From the NCBI RefSeq assembly GCF_016863475.1, contig NZ_BOOY01000009.1:1-64000 (forward strand): 64,000 nucleotides of DNA. The letters run 5' to 3'. The notes below the pieces were generated by a model, which was not told the origin of the DNA, did no database searches, and was given only the letters and a program-made list of their open reading frames with translations. Position 1 is the stretch's first letter, and every line of letters begins with the position of its first letter. Below are positions 26,962-36,756 of this stretch, piece by piece. The stretch is from Spirilliplanes yamanashiensis (GTDB lineage: Bacteria; Actinomycetota; Actinomycetes; Mycobacteriales; Micromonosporaceae). A program made the position numbers and the translations under genes.

Positions 26962-27276
26962 TGATGAACTCCCCCGTGTTGACCGCCGGAATCCTCACGG
27001 ATGCGGCGCGAGGCTGTCCACCCCGTCCGCGTGCGCGCGCACATACTCACGCAATGTGGTGGCAGGCAGCGACCGAGCGTTACGGGAAGGTTGTCCGCAT
27101 TCGGACCAGCTGCGATGTCCGTTCCGTCTGGCCTCCGCCGAAAGGTCAGCCGCCCGCACACTTCAGCTCGCGGCTCTTGTGTGACGCTCAGTAGCTGTCC
27201 TACGGTGTTTCCAGCACGTTAATGACGCTGAGTGACCGCTCGATCGTCCCGTCCCCCCGGAAGGCGCTCCGCGACC

Positions 27277-28467
27277 ATGACCCACTCCGAAGTGCACCTC
27301 GTCGGCGGCACCCGCCTCGAGGCCGTGAAGCTCGCCCCGGTGGCCGTGGCGATGCGCGCCGCGGGCCTCGTCGCACCGGTCCTCGTGGCCGGCGGCCGGC
27401 ACCCCGCCCGGCTGCGGCAGGCGCTGGCCGCGTTCGACCTGGAGCCCGACGTCACGCTCGACGTCGAGCCGGGCGGCGACAGCCGGGCCGAACTGCTCAC
27501 CGAGCTGGTCCGCGGGCTGGACGCGTTGTGGAGCGCGCGTCCGCCCGCGGCCGTCGTCGTCCAGGGCGACAGCACCACCAGCCTGGCCGGGGCGCTGGCC
27601 GCGTACGCGCTGCGGATCCCGGTGGTGCACCTGGAGGCGGGGGTGCGGTCGGGCGACCTGGAGTCGCCGTTCCCCGAGGAGGCCAACCGGCGGCTCGTCG
27701 CGCAGATCGCCCGCCTGCACCTGGCGCCCACGCCGCCGGCCGCCATGAACCTGGTGGACGAGGGCGTCGGCGCGGACGGCGTGCTGATCACCGGCAACAC
27801 CGTCGTCGACGCCACGCTCGCCGTCGCCGCGCGCAAGCTGCCCTACGAGGACGCGGACGTCGCCGCCGCCCGGGCCGCCTCGCACGGCCGCCGGCTCATC
27901 CTGGTCACCGCGCACCGCCGCGAGTCCTGGGGCGCCCCGCTCGACCGGATCCTGGAGGCGGTCCGCGCGCTGGTGCGCCGCTACTCCGACGTCGAGGTCG
28001 TGCTGCCCAGCCACCCCGACCCCGCCGTGCGGGCGCAGGTGGACGCCGCGCTCGGCGGGATGGAGCGGGTCACCGTCACCGGCCCGCTGCCGTACCCGGA
28101 CCTGGCCCGGCTGCTCAGCGAGGCGTACCTGGTGCTCACCGACTCGGGCGGCCTGCAGGAGGAGGCGCCGTCGTTCGGGGTGCCCGCGCTGGTGCTGCGC
28201 GACGTCACCGAGCGGGTCGAGTCACTCAACGCCGGCTGCGCCCGGCTCGTCGGCTCCGACACCGACCTCATCGTCAAGGAGGCCGCGGTCCTGCTCGACG
28301 ACCGCCGCCGCCGCGACGCCATGACCGCGTCCGGCAACCCGTACGGCGACGGCCTGGCCGCCGCCCGGGCCGCCCAGGCGACGGCCGCCCTGCTGGGCCT
28401 GGCCGAGCCGCCCGAGGCGATGCCCGCCGTCGTGCCCGCCGCCGCCTCGACCGGGGTGCCCGCCTGA
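27277..28467 (+). CDS. wecB: UDP-N-acetylglucosamine 2-epimerase (non-hydrolysing)
   Basis: MTHSEVHLVGGTRLEAVKLAPV, HLEAGVRSGD and DSGGLQEEAPSFGVPALVLRDVTER are family hallmarks. The start was chosen at the conserved N-terminus, since the track start at 27232 adds 15 aa. Confidence 0.85.
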   Translation: MTHSEVHLVGGTRLEAVKLAPVAVAMRAAGLVAPVLVAGGRHPARLRQALAAFDLEPDVTLDVEPGGDSRAELLTELVRGLDALWSARPPAAVVVQGDSTTSLAGALAAYALRIPVVHLEAGVRSGDLESPFPEEANRRLVAQIARLHLAPTPPAAMNLVDEGVGADGVLITGNTVVDATLAVAARKLPYEDADVAAARAASHGRRLILVTAHRRESWGAPLDRILEAVRALVRRYSDVEVVLPSHPDPAVRAQVDAALGGMERVTVTGPLPYPDLARLLSEAYLVLTDSGGLQEEAPSFGVPALVLRDVTERVESLNAGCARLVGSDTDLIVKEAAVLLDDRRRRDAMTASGNPYGDGLAAARAAQATAALLGLAEPPEAMPAVVPAAASTGVPA

Positions 28468-28485
28468 GGCCGCGCGGACGGTGAA

Positions 28486-28938
28486 GTGACGCTCGCCCGC
28501 GGTCACCGCGTGTCAGGATCGGATCACACCTGCTGGAGGTACGCGTTGCCCATCGAGTCCCCGACGGCGAACGTCGCCCGGTTCTACGCCGAGGCGTGGA
28601 CCCAGCGCGACCCGTCCGCGGTCCGCCGGATCATCGCGCCGTGCGCCGAGATCGAGTGGAACCTCGACCTGCCCGTCGACGACGAGCAGCTCGTGCAGAC
28701 GCTCGACCGGCTCGCGGCGAGCGCCCGGTCGGTCGCGCTGGTGTCGGAGACGTACGCCGGCGAGCGGGCCACGATGCTGTACGACTGCGCCGGGGTGTTC
28801 GGCAGCGCCCGGGTGGCGGAGTTCCTGGTGGTCGCCGACGGCCGGATCACCGAGGTGCGCCAGGTGTGGGATCCGACGGCCGTGCGCCGCTACTTCCCGG
28901 ACCTGCTGGAGGACGTCAGCCCTCCCCCAGCCCCTTGA
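28486..28938 (+). CDS. SnoaL-like / NTF2-fold small protein
   Basis: The ~150-aa ORF has the (A)RFYAEAW...DP motif typical of the SnoaL/ketosteroid-isomerase-like fold. The start is uncertain. Confidence 0.45.
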   Translation: MTLARGHRVSGSDHTCWRYALPIESPTANVARFYAEAWTQRDPSAVRRIIAPCAEIEWNLDLPVDDEQLVQTLDRLAASARSVALVSETYAGERATMLYDCAGVFGSARVAEFLVVADGRITEVRQVWDPTAVRRYFPDLLEDVSPPPAP

Positions 28939-30541
28939 GCGGGGCGGCGGTCCAGCTCGCGGGCACGTTCCACTTCTGCGAGTCGGTGCCGTCGCAGGCG
29001 CGGGTCACGACCATCGGCCAGGCGTTGCTGACCTTCTGGATGTTGGGCACGCCGAAGCCGAGGGCCTGCAGGCAGACGTTCCCGCTGTTGTCCTGGATCT
29101 GGTAGGCCTCGCTGCCGTTCGGGTTGCGGCCGTAGAGGCGCCAGGTGGTGGCGGCGGTGACCTGGCCGGCGTTGCAGTCGACGACCCACGGGTACTCGTT
29201 GGGCGCGGGCGACAGGCTCAGGCAGTGCTTGATGCCCTTCTTCGGGTCGTTGTCGTTCTCGTCGGCGAGGTCGTTGGGCGTGATGGTGATGCGGGCCCGG
29301 TAGTACAGCGCGCCGGCGACCTGCTGCGCGGCCGGCAGCGGCTCGATCTTCCAGACGTGGTTCCAGTGCGGCACGCCGGAGAAGGCCTGCTTGCAGGGGT
29401 ACGTGATGAGCGCGGGCGTCGCCGTGCCGTACTGCCGGGCGCCCGTGACGTCGTCCTGCGGCAGGTCCAGGCAGTAGCCGACGTTGGCCCGGTTGACCAG
29501 CTGGTCGGAGTCCGGCCCGGCCGCGCCGGCGCCCATGCCCGCGTCGGGGAAGTAGCTGTGCTGCGAGCTGTTGGTCTTGCAGGCGTCGCCCATCTTGATC
29601 CGGCTCCCGACGGCGACGGCGCCCTCGTTGGTGAAGCACATCCCGTTCCACGAGGAGCCGTTGGTGGTGCCCTGGAACACGAATGCGTCGCTCTGGAAGG
29701 CCCACTGCTGGCTGGGGATCGTGGCCGCCGCGCAGGCCTGGAACATGACGTACGCGTTGAGCGCCGGGTTCGCGGTGAGGCACAGGCCGGCGGGCTCGAT
29801 GCGCAGGTTGAGGTTCTTCTGGTACGTGAACGTCAGCTGCCCGCGGGGAGTGCCGGCGCAGTCGACCAGCTTGACGTAGGCGCCCGCGACGGGCGGGTCG
29901 GTGTCGGAGCCGACGCACAGGTGGCCCGCGCCGCTGACCTGGATGCGGCCGCCGGGGATGTTCTCGTTGTTGCTGCCCATCGTGTACGTGGCGTGGAGCG
30001 ACCGGCCGGCCCCCTCGACCAGGCCGGTCGAGCGCAGCAGCGCCCAGCCGGGGACCGCGACGGTGCCCACCCCGCCGGTGCCGTCGCAGACGACGCGCTT
30101 GTTCCGGATGACGCCCGGATTGTCCTGGTAACCGGTCGGGTCGACCGCGTAGTAGTCGATCGTCATCGAGTAGCGCACGGCGGGCGTGGTGCCCGGGACC
30201 GTCCGGTCCGTGACGACGTAGCTGTGGTCCGCGTCGGTGTACTGGGCGACCGTCTTGGTGCTGGTGCAGGGCAGCTTGGCGATGTCACCGACGGGGTTGT
30301 TCTGGCTGTCGGTGCCCCCGGTCACGGCCGAGCGCAGCAGCGACAGCGCGGCGTCGAGGCCGGCCTGGGCGCTGCTGACGGAGACCTGGCGGCTGTTGAC
30401 CCGGCCGGAGGTCTTCACCTGCACGACGACGGTGCTGGACAGCAGCACGCTGAGCGCCAGGCCGACGACGGTCAGCAGCATGGCGAGCACCATGTTGCCC
30501 CGATCGTCCGAGTGGTCGCCCCACGCCGGCCGCTGCCGCAT
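28916..30541 (-). CDS. Membrane-anchored protein with ricin-B (beta-trefoil, QxW) lectin domains
   Basis: An N-terminal TM helix MVLAMLLTVVGLALSVLL is present. Repeated Cys pairs and QQW/QKW motifs (QQWAFQ, SQKWNV) occur. An SD-like GGAAGGGGG precedes the ATG at 30541. Confidence 0.6.
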   Translation of the reverse strand: MRQRPAWGDHSDDRGNMVLAMLLTVVGLALSVLLSSTVVVQVKTSGRVNSRQVSVSSAQAGLDAALSLLRSAVTGGTDSQNNPVGDIAKLPCTSTKTVAQYTDADHSYVVTDRTVPGTTPAVRYSMTIDYYAVDPTGYQDNPGVIRNKRVVCDGTGGVGTVAVPGWALLRSTGLVEGAGRSLHATYTMGSNNENIPGGRIQVSGAGHLCVGSDTDPPVAGAYVKLVDCAGTPRGQLTFTYQKNLNLRIEPAGLCLTANPALNAYVMFQACAAATIPSQQWAFQSDAFVFQGTTNGSSWNGMCFTNEGAVAVGSRIKMGDACKTNSSQHSYFPDAGMGAGAAGPDSDQLVNRANVGYCLDLPQDDVTGARQYGTATPALITYPCKQAFSGVPHWNHVWKIEPLPAAQQVAGALYYRARITITPNDLADENDNDPKKGIKHCLSLSPAPNEYPWVVDCNAGQVTAATTWRLYGRNPNGSEAYQIQDNSGNVCLQALGFGVPNIQKVSNAWPMVVTRACDGTDSQKWNVPASWTAAPLKGLGEG

Positions 30542-31008
30542 CCCGCCCCCTTCCGCCACACCAGGTGTCCTCCTATCGGCACGCCGGAGCGGATGCTGAG
30601 AAAACGCCCCGGGCATGACACCGGTCACAGCACTGCCGGGTGTCAATATGCGCTCGTCAGCGAATTGACGGTCCGATGTGGATCTCCCATTCACGTGACG
30701 GAAAGCTGACCTGACCACGCGGCGTATTCCCAACGGTGCACCGGGTCGTTAGCTTGTCCACTGTGGGACGACGCTTGAGGGATCAGGCGGGGGCATCGTG
30801 GCGCGCGGAGGTGGACGTGACCAGGGGTGATGTTCGGTCGGCGCCAGGCTGACCGGAGCGCGGCGGCGCCGCCGCCGGATGACACGCATTTTTCTTCACA
30901 TTTCCGCGTAACCGCTGGGCCATTCCGGCCGGCGGTAGGTCAGCGCGCGCATTTCCTTCCCGGGGCGGCCCCTCGGGAGCTCCGGCGCGCCCATTTCCGG
31001 GAGAGATC

Positions 31009-32973
31009 ATGAATCGTCGTCGCATTGTCGCCGCGGTCGTGGCCGCGGCCCTCGTGGCCACCGGCGCGGCGCCGGCCGCGGCCGACCCGACCGCGGACCC
31101 GCCCGCCGACCCGCGCGTGGACCTGGCGGTGCTGGTGGTCACCGACGGCGGCGCCGCCACCCAGGCCGTCGCCGCCCACCTGACCGCGCAGGGCGTGCCG
31201 CACCGCACCGTGCGCCTCGACGACCCGGGCCGCCCCGCCATCGACGCCGCCTTCCTGGCCGACGCCGACGGCGCGAACTTCCAGGGCGTCGTGCTGCCCA
31301 ACGCGAACCCGTTCGCCGACCAGGCCGAGCTGGCCGCGCTGCACGCGTTCGAGGCGCGGTACGGCGTCCGCCAGGTCGACGCGTACCTGTGGCCGACGCC
31401 GCAGGTCGGGCTCAACTACCCGGCGTACTCGGGGCCGCTCGACGGCACCACCGCCGCCGCCACCGCCGAGGGGCTGGCCGGGCCGTTCCGCTACCTGCGC
31501 GGGCACGTCCCGTTCGAGGACAACGACCCGGGCCTGTGGGAGAGCTACGGGTTCCTGGCGCAGCCGCTGGTGGACGCGCCGGACACGTTCACGCCGCTCG
31601 TCACCACGGTGGCCCCCGACGGCACGGCGGGCGTGCTGGCCGGCGTCTTCGGCAGCGGCGGGCGCGAGGAGCTGGCGGTGACGTTCGCGTACAACGCCGC
31701 CCAGCAGCAGTTCCGGCTGCTGGCGCCCGGCATGGTCGAGTGGCTCACCCGCGGCGTGCACCTCGGCCTGCACCGCAACCACCTGTCGGTGCACGTGGAC
31801 GACGTCTTCCTCGGCGACGCCCGCTGGCACACCGGCGGCAACTGCACCCCGGGTGAGGACTGCACCGGCGGGCAGACCACCGCCGACATCCGGATGACGG
31901 CGGACGACGTCGCGTACGCCGCGCAGTGGCAGGAGCGCTCCGGCTTCACGCTCGACCTGGTCTACAACGGCGCCGGCAGCGACGAGGCCGGCCCGGGCGA
32001 CCCGCTCACGGCCGCGCTGCTGGCGGCGCGCGACAGGTTCCGCTGGACGAACCACACCTACAGCCACGACTTCCTGGGCTGCGTCCAGGACACCACCGTC
32101 GTCCCGTGGCGGTGCGCGACCGGCCCGGACGGCGCCGTCCGCTACGCCACCGGGGCGCACATCGCCGACCAGGTCGCCCGCAACCGGGCGTGGGGCCTGG
32201 CCCGCGGCCTGCCGCTGGTCGAGGGAGAGCTGGTCACCGGCGAGCACTCTGGCCTGCGGGTGCTGCCCCAGCAGCCGGCGGACAACCCGGACCTGGCGCC
32301 CGCCCTGGACACCACCCAGGTCCGCTGGCTGGCCGCCGACAACTCGCGGCAGCCCGCCCAGCGGGCCGTCGGCGGGGCGCTGACCGTGCCCCGGCACCCG
32401 CTGAACGTCTTCTTCAACGTCGGCACCGCCGCCGAGGAGACCGACGAGTACAACTGGATCTACACCGCCCGCGCCGACGGCGGCAGCGGCGTCTGCGAGG
32501 ACAACCCGGCCACCGTCACCTGCGTGCCGCCGCTGGACCCCGCCACCGGGTACGCCGAGGTCATCGTGCCGCTGGAGACGCGGCTGGCGCTCGCCCGCAT
32601 CCTCGGCAACGACCCGCGGCCGCACTACGTGCACCAGTCGAACCTGGCCGAGGAGCGCATCCTCTACCCGCTGCTCGACAGCATCCTCGGCACGTACCGC
32701 TCGCTGCTGGCCGACAACACGCCCATCGTGTGCGCGCGGCTGGCCGACAGCGGCGCGGAGTTGCGGCGCCAGGCCCGGTGGGCGGACGCGGTGGCCGCCG
32801 GGACGGCGCACGCCTATTTGCAGGACGGCGTCGTGCACGTCACCGCGCCCGACGGCGTCGACGTGCCGCTGACCGTGCCCGAGGGCAGCACTGTGGACGG
32901 TGCCGCGTTCGGCACGGCGTACGCCGGATCGCGCTCGGCCTGGACGACCACCGCGCGGGTGTTCGTGCCGTGA
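31009..32973 (+). CDS. Secreted 654-aa protein, candidate metal-dependent polysaccharide deacetylase (PelA-DA / Agd3-like?)
   Basis: A signal peptide MNRRRIVAAVVAAALVATGAAPAAA is present. HVDDVF (Asp-Asp motif) and WTNHTYSHDF (H-x3-H) are spaced as in metal-dependent CE-type deacetylases. The gene sits directly upstream of the PelF-like GT with a 4-nt overlap. The functional call is inference. Confidence 0.5.
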   Translation: MNRRRIVAAVVAAALVATGAAPAAADPTADPPADPRVDLAVLVVTDGGAATQAVAAHLTAQGVPHRTVRLDDPGRPAIDAAFLADADGANFQGVVLPNANPFADQAELAALHAFEARYGVRQVDAYLWPTPQVGLNYPAYSGPLDGTTAAATAEGLAGPFRYLRGHVPFEDNDPGLWESYGFLAQPLVDAPDTFTPLVTTVAPDGTAGVLAGVFGSGGREELAVTFAYNAAQQQFRLLAPGMVEWLTRGVHLGLHRNHLSVHVDDVFLGDARWHTGGNCTPGEDCTGGQTTADIRMTADDVAYAAQWQERSGFTLDLVYNGAGSDEAGPGDPLTAALLAARDRFRWTNHTYSHDFLGCVQDTTVVPWRCATGPDGAVRYATGAHIADQVARNRAWGLARGLPLVEGELVTGEHSGLRVLPQQPADNPDLAPALDTTQVRWLAADNSRQPAQRAVGGALTVPRHPLNVFFNVGTAAEETDEYNWIYTARADGGSGVCEDNPATVTCVPPLDPATGYAEVIVPLETRLALARILGNDPRPHYVHQSNLAEERILYPLLDSILGTYRSLLADNTPIVCARLADSGAELRRQARWADAVAAGTAHAYLQDGVVHVTAPDGVDVPLTVPEGSTVDGAAFGTAYAGSRSAWTTTARVFVP

Positions 32974-34385
32974 GGGTCGCGATGGTCACGGAGGGCACCT
33001 ACCCGCAGGCGTTCGGGGGCGTCAGCGTGTGGTGTGACCAGCTCGTGCGCGGCCTGCCCCGGACCGACTTCGACGTGTACGCGATCAGCGTCACGGGCCG
33101 CGAGCCGGACGCGTGGGAGCTGCCCGACTCCGTGACCGTCCACCATGTACCGCTGTGGGGACCGGCGCCGCGGCAGTCGCGCCGGTCCACCGTGGACGTC
33201 GCCGACGCGCACCGGGCGCTGATCCGGTCGCTGCTGGCGCCGCCCGGCGAGGCCGAGCCCGCGTTCGCCGCGGCGCTCCGGCGGTTGTGCGAGCTGGCCC
33301 CCGCCCCGATGCCGGCGGGCGACGCGCCGGTGCGGTGGCTGCTGGACGCGTGGCGGGACAGCTCGCTCGCGTCCGAAGTGGACGTGCGCCCGTCGATCCT
33401 CGACGCACTGACCTGTGTGGACATCGTCGGGCACTGGCTGCGCCCGCTGCTGCGGCCGGCGCCCGTCGCCGACGTGTGCCACGCCGTCACCAACGGGCTG
33501 GCGGCGCTGCCGGCGCTGGCCGCGAAGTGGACCCGCGGCACCCCGCTGCTGCTCACCGAACACGGCGTCTACCTGCGGGAACGCTACCTGGGCCTGCGGG
33601 CGGCCGACAGCTCGTGGCCGGTCAAGGCGGTGCTCGTGGCGTTCCAGCGGCTGCTGTGCACGGCCGCGTACCGCGAGGCCGACCTCATCACCCCGGGCAA
33701 CCGGTACAACCACCGCTGGGAGACGCGGTTCGGCGCGTTGCCCGAGCGCATCCGCACCGTCTACAACGGAGTCGACCCGGCCGACTTCCCGCCCGCCGGC
33801 CGCGAACCCGCCGTGCCGACCATCACCTGGGCCGGTCGCGTCGACCCCATCAAGGACCTGGAGACGCTGATCCGGTCGTTCGCGCTGGTGCGCGAGCAGA
33901 TCCCGGACGCCCGGCTGCGCATCTTCGGCGGCACCCCGGCCGGCGCCCGCGGCTACCACGACCGGTGCGTGGCGCTGGCCGCCGAGCTGGGCGCCGCGGA
34001 CGCGGTGACGTTCGAGGGCCGGGTGGCGAACATCCGCGACGCGTACGCGGCCGGGCACGTCGTCGTGCTGTCCAGCATCTCGGAGGGTTTCCCGTACACC
34101 CTCATCGAGGCGATGACCTCGGGCCGGGCCACCGTGTCGACCGACGTGGGCGGGGTCGCCGAGGCGGTCGCCGACACCGGCTTCGTGGTGCCGCCGCGGG
34201 ACCCGGCCGCCATGGCGGAGCGGTGCGTCACGCTGCTGCGCGACGAGCTGCTGCGGCACCGGCTGGGCGCGGCCGCCCGCGACCGGGCGCTGCAGAACTT
34301 CACCGTCGACCAGGCCGTGGACGCGTTCGACGAGATCTACGCCGACCTGGCCGGGCTCGCCGCGGCGCCGGCGGTGGCGGCGTGA
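32970..34385 (+). CDS. GT4 glycosyltransferase with PelF-type N-terminal extension
   Basis: The N-terminus VRVAMVTEGTYPQAFGGVSVWCDQLVRGLP resembles the PelF/DUF3492 opening. A C-terminal GT4 EX7E-like region SEGFPYTLIEAMTSGRATVSTDVGG is present. Confidence 0.75.
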   Translation: MRVAMVTEGTYPQAFGGVSVWCDQLVRGLPRTDFDVYAISVTGREPDAWELPDSVTVHHVPLWGPAPRQSRRSTVDVADAHRALIRSLLAPPGEAEPAFAAALRRLCELAPAPMPAGDAPVRWLLDAWRDSSLASEVDVRPSILDALTCVDIVGHWLRPLLRPAPVADVCHAVTNGLAALPALAAKWTRGTPLLLTEHGVYLRERYLGLRAADSSWPVKAVLVAFQRLLCTAAYREADLITPGNRYNHRWETRFGALPERIRTVYNGVDPADFPPAGREPAVPTITWAGRVDPIKDLETLIRSFALVREQIPDARLRIFGGTPAGARGYHDRCVALAAELGAADAVTFEGRVANIRDAYAAGHVVVLSSISEGFPYTLIEAMTSGRATVSTDVGGVAEAVADTGFVVPPRDPAAMAERCVTLLRDELLRHRLGAAARDRALQNFTVDQAVDAFDEIYADLAGLAAAPAVAA

Positions 34386-35734
34386 GCGCGTACCCCGAGC
34401 TGTCCCGGCGCATGGCGCCGGTCTGCGCCGAGGCGGTCGACGACATGGAGGTCGCCGCGGTCCTGGAGTCCGACGGCGTCACCGACGCGACCGCGGACCG
34501 GCTGTACGGCTCCCCCGACGTGTTCCACCTGGCCCGGCGGCTGCGGGCCGACCACCCGCGCCGGCCGTCCGCCGTGCCGCCCGCCCCCGGCCCGTGGCGC
34601 GCCCAGCCGTGGCGGCACCTGCTGCGCGGTGTCCTGTTCGGACTGCCCGCGGTGTGCTACCTCGCGGTCAGCGGGGTCGCGGCGGGCCGGCGGGCCGGCG
34701 TCGTGCTCGTCGTGTCCGTCCTGCTGTCGTGGGCGGCGAGCCAGGCGCTCGCGTACCTCGGGCACGTGCGGCTCGGCTGGGGCGACCGCGACGGCGCGGC
34801 CCGCGTGCTGCGCGGCGGGCTGCTCGGCCTCGGCGCGGCCGTGCTCGCGGCGACGGCGGCGACCGCGGCCGCGCTGCACGTCCCGGCGCCGGTGACGCTC
34901 GTCGCCGCCGCGCAGGTCACCTACCTGCTGGCCGCCACCGTGGCGCTGGTGCTCGGCGCGGAGTGGCTGCTGGTGGCCGCGCTGGCCCCGGGCGTGGGCG
35001 CCGCCGTGACCGGGGTGCTGCTCGGCGGCGACGCGGTGCGCTCGGCGCCCGTGGTGTGCGGGGCCGTCGGCACCGTGCTCGCCTCCGTCGCGGCGGCGCT
35101 GTGGGTGACCCGCGGCGCCCGGCCCGGCCCGCCCACCCGGGCCGAGCTGCGCGACGCCCTGCCGCACGCCGCGTTCGGGCTGTGCGTCGCCGGGCTGCTG
35201 CTGTTCGTGCCCGCCGCCCGCACCCTGCCGCCGCCCGGCGTGGTGGACGGCGGCCCGGGCGGCGCCGCCGCCGGGCTGGCCGCGCTCGTGCCGCTGTCGG
35301 TCAGCATGGGCGTCGCCGAGTGGCTGCTCGTGCGGTACCGGGCCGACACCCACCGCTGGCTGCAACGCGCCGTGACGCTGCGCCAGTTCGCGGCGCGCGC
35401 CTCGCTGGCGCTGGCCCGCGGCACCGCCGTCTACCTCGCCGTCCTGGTCGCCGGGGTCGCCGCGGGCGCGCTGCTGGTCACCCGGGCCGCCCCCGCCGCC
35501 CTGGCCGGATACGTCGCCCTCGGCGCGGCCCTGTTCGTCGCGCTGCTGCTCATGACGTTCCGGGTGCGCGGGCCCGTCGTCGCCGGGGCCGCCGCCGCGC
35601 TCGCCGCCGACGCCGCGCTGCTCACCGCCCACCCCGATCCCGACCGGGTCCAGCTGATCACCGCGGGCGCCCTGTTCCTGGGCCTGGCCGCGTACGCCTC
35701 GGTCGCGCTGTCCCGCGCGCACCGCCACCTGTAG
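34382..35734 (+). CDS. Polytopic membrane protein, PelG-like (putative polysaccharide exporter)
   Basis: The ~450-aa ORF has ~10-12 predicted TM helices. Its GTG start overlaps the GT stop (GTGA). Its position after the PelF-like gene mirrors pelF-pelG. Confidence 0.6.
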   Translation: MSAYPELSRRMAPVCAEAVDDMEVAAVLESDGVTDATADRLYGSPDVFHLARRLRADHPRRPSAVPPAPGPWRAQPWRHLLRGVLFGLPAVCYLAVSGVAAGRRAGVVLVVSVLLSWAASQALAYLGHVRLGWGDRDGAARVLRGGLLGLGAAVLAATAATAAALHVPAPVTLVAAAQVTYLLAATVALVLGAEWLLVAALAPGVGAAVTGVLLGGDAVRSAPVVCGAVGTVLASVAAALWVTRGARPGPPTRAELRDALPHAAFGLCVAGLLLFVPAARTLPPPGVVDGGPGGAAAGLAALVPLSVSMGVAEWLLVRYRADTHRWLQRAVTLRQFAARASLALARGTAVYLAVLVAGVAAGALLVTRAAPAALAGYVALGAALFVALLLMTFRVRGPVVAGAAAALAADAALLTAHPDPDRVQLITAGALFLGLAAYASVALSRAHRHL

Positions 35735-35748
35735 AGAGAGGGAACGCC

Positions 35749-36741
35749 ATGACAACGGTCGCCGTCACCGGTGCCGAGGGCTTCATCGGCTCGCACCTGA
35801 CCGAGCGCCTGGTCGCCGCGGGCCACCGCGTCCGCGCGATGGTGCAGTACAACTCGTTCGACACCCGCGGCTGGCTGGACACCCTCGGCGCCGACGTGCT
35901 CGCCGACGTCGACGTGGTGGCCGGCGACGTCGAGGACCCGGCCACCGTCGCGCAGCTCGTCGAGGGCGCCGAGGTCGTCTACCACCTGGCCGCGCTCATC
36001 GCGATCCCGCACTCCTACCGGGCGCCGCGCTCGTACGTGAACACCAACGTCATCGGCACCCTCAACGTGCTGGAGGTGGTGCGCGCGGGCGGGGCCGGGC
36101 GGCTCGTGCACACCTCCACGTCGGAGACGTACGGCACCGCGCGCACCGTGCCGATCCGCGAGGACCACCCGCTGCAGGCGCAGTCGCCGTACGCCGCCAG
36201 CAAGGTCGCCGCCGACAAGCTGGTCGAGAGCTACCACCTCAGCTTCGGGGTGCCCGCGGTGACGCTGCGCCCGTTCAACACGTTCGGCCCCCGGCAGTCG
36301 GCGCGGGCCGTCATCCCGACCGTGGTCAGCCAGCTCGCGGCCGGCGCGGCCGAGATCCGGCTCGGCGCCCTCGACCCGACCCGCGACTTCACGTTCGTGC
36401 AGGACACCGCCGCCGCGTTCCACGCCGTCGGCACCGCGCCCGCCGACGTGGTGGTCGGCGAGACGTTCAACGCGGGCACCGGCGACGAGATCTCCATCGG
36501 CGCCCTGGCCGCCACCATCGGCGAGCTGATGGGCCGGCCGGTGCCGGTGCGCCCGCAGGACGACCGGCTGCGCCCGGCGAACTCCGAGGTCATGCGGCTG
36601 GTCTGCGACAGCCGCAAGCTGCGCGCCGCCACCGGCTGGGCGCCGCTGTTCGACCTGGCCGACGGCCTCAAGCACACCATCGACTGGTTCCTCGACCCGG
36701 CCAACCTGGCCCGCTACCGCACCGACGGGTACGTCCTCTAA
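35749..36741 (+). CDS. NAD-dependent sugar-nucleotide epimerase/dehydratase (extended SDR)
   Basis: A Rossmann motif VTGAEGFIGSHL and a YAASKVAAD (YxxxK) motif are present. A strong SD GAGAGAGGG lies upstream. Confidence 0.85.
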   Translation: MTTVAVTGAEGFIGSHLTERLVAAGHRVRAMVQYNSFDTRGWLDTLGADVLADVDVVAGDVEDPATVAQLVEGAEVVYHLAALIAIPHSYRAPRSYVNTNVIGTLNVLEVVRAGGAGRLVHTSTSETYGTARTVPIREDHPLQAQSPYAASKVAADKLVESYHLSFGVPAVTLRPFNTFGPRQSARAVIPTVVSQLAAGAAEIRLGALDPTRDFTFVQDTAAAFHAVGTAPADVVVGETFNAGTGDEISIGALAATIGELMGRPVPVRPQDDRLRPANSEVMRLVCDSRKLRAATGWAPLFDLADGLKHTIDWFLDPANLARYRTDGYVL

Positions 36742-36756
36742 CCGAAGGGAACTGCC

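Noticed and set aside
25054-26964. 636-aa plus-strand ORF and 388-aa (25832..26998) minus-strand ORF over the pseudoprotease/FG-GAP gene
   Set aside because: They are antisense or alternative frames with Gly/Arg/Ala low complexity. The minus-strand frame 24841..26961 has clear FG-GAP repeats.
27232-27276. N-terminal 15-aa extension of wecB from the first in-frame Met
   Set aside because: The conserved WecB N-terminus begins at MTHSEVHLVGGTR, and the upstream residues are Arg/Pro-rich with no support.
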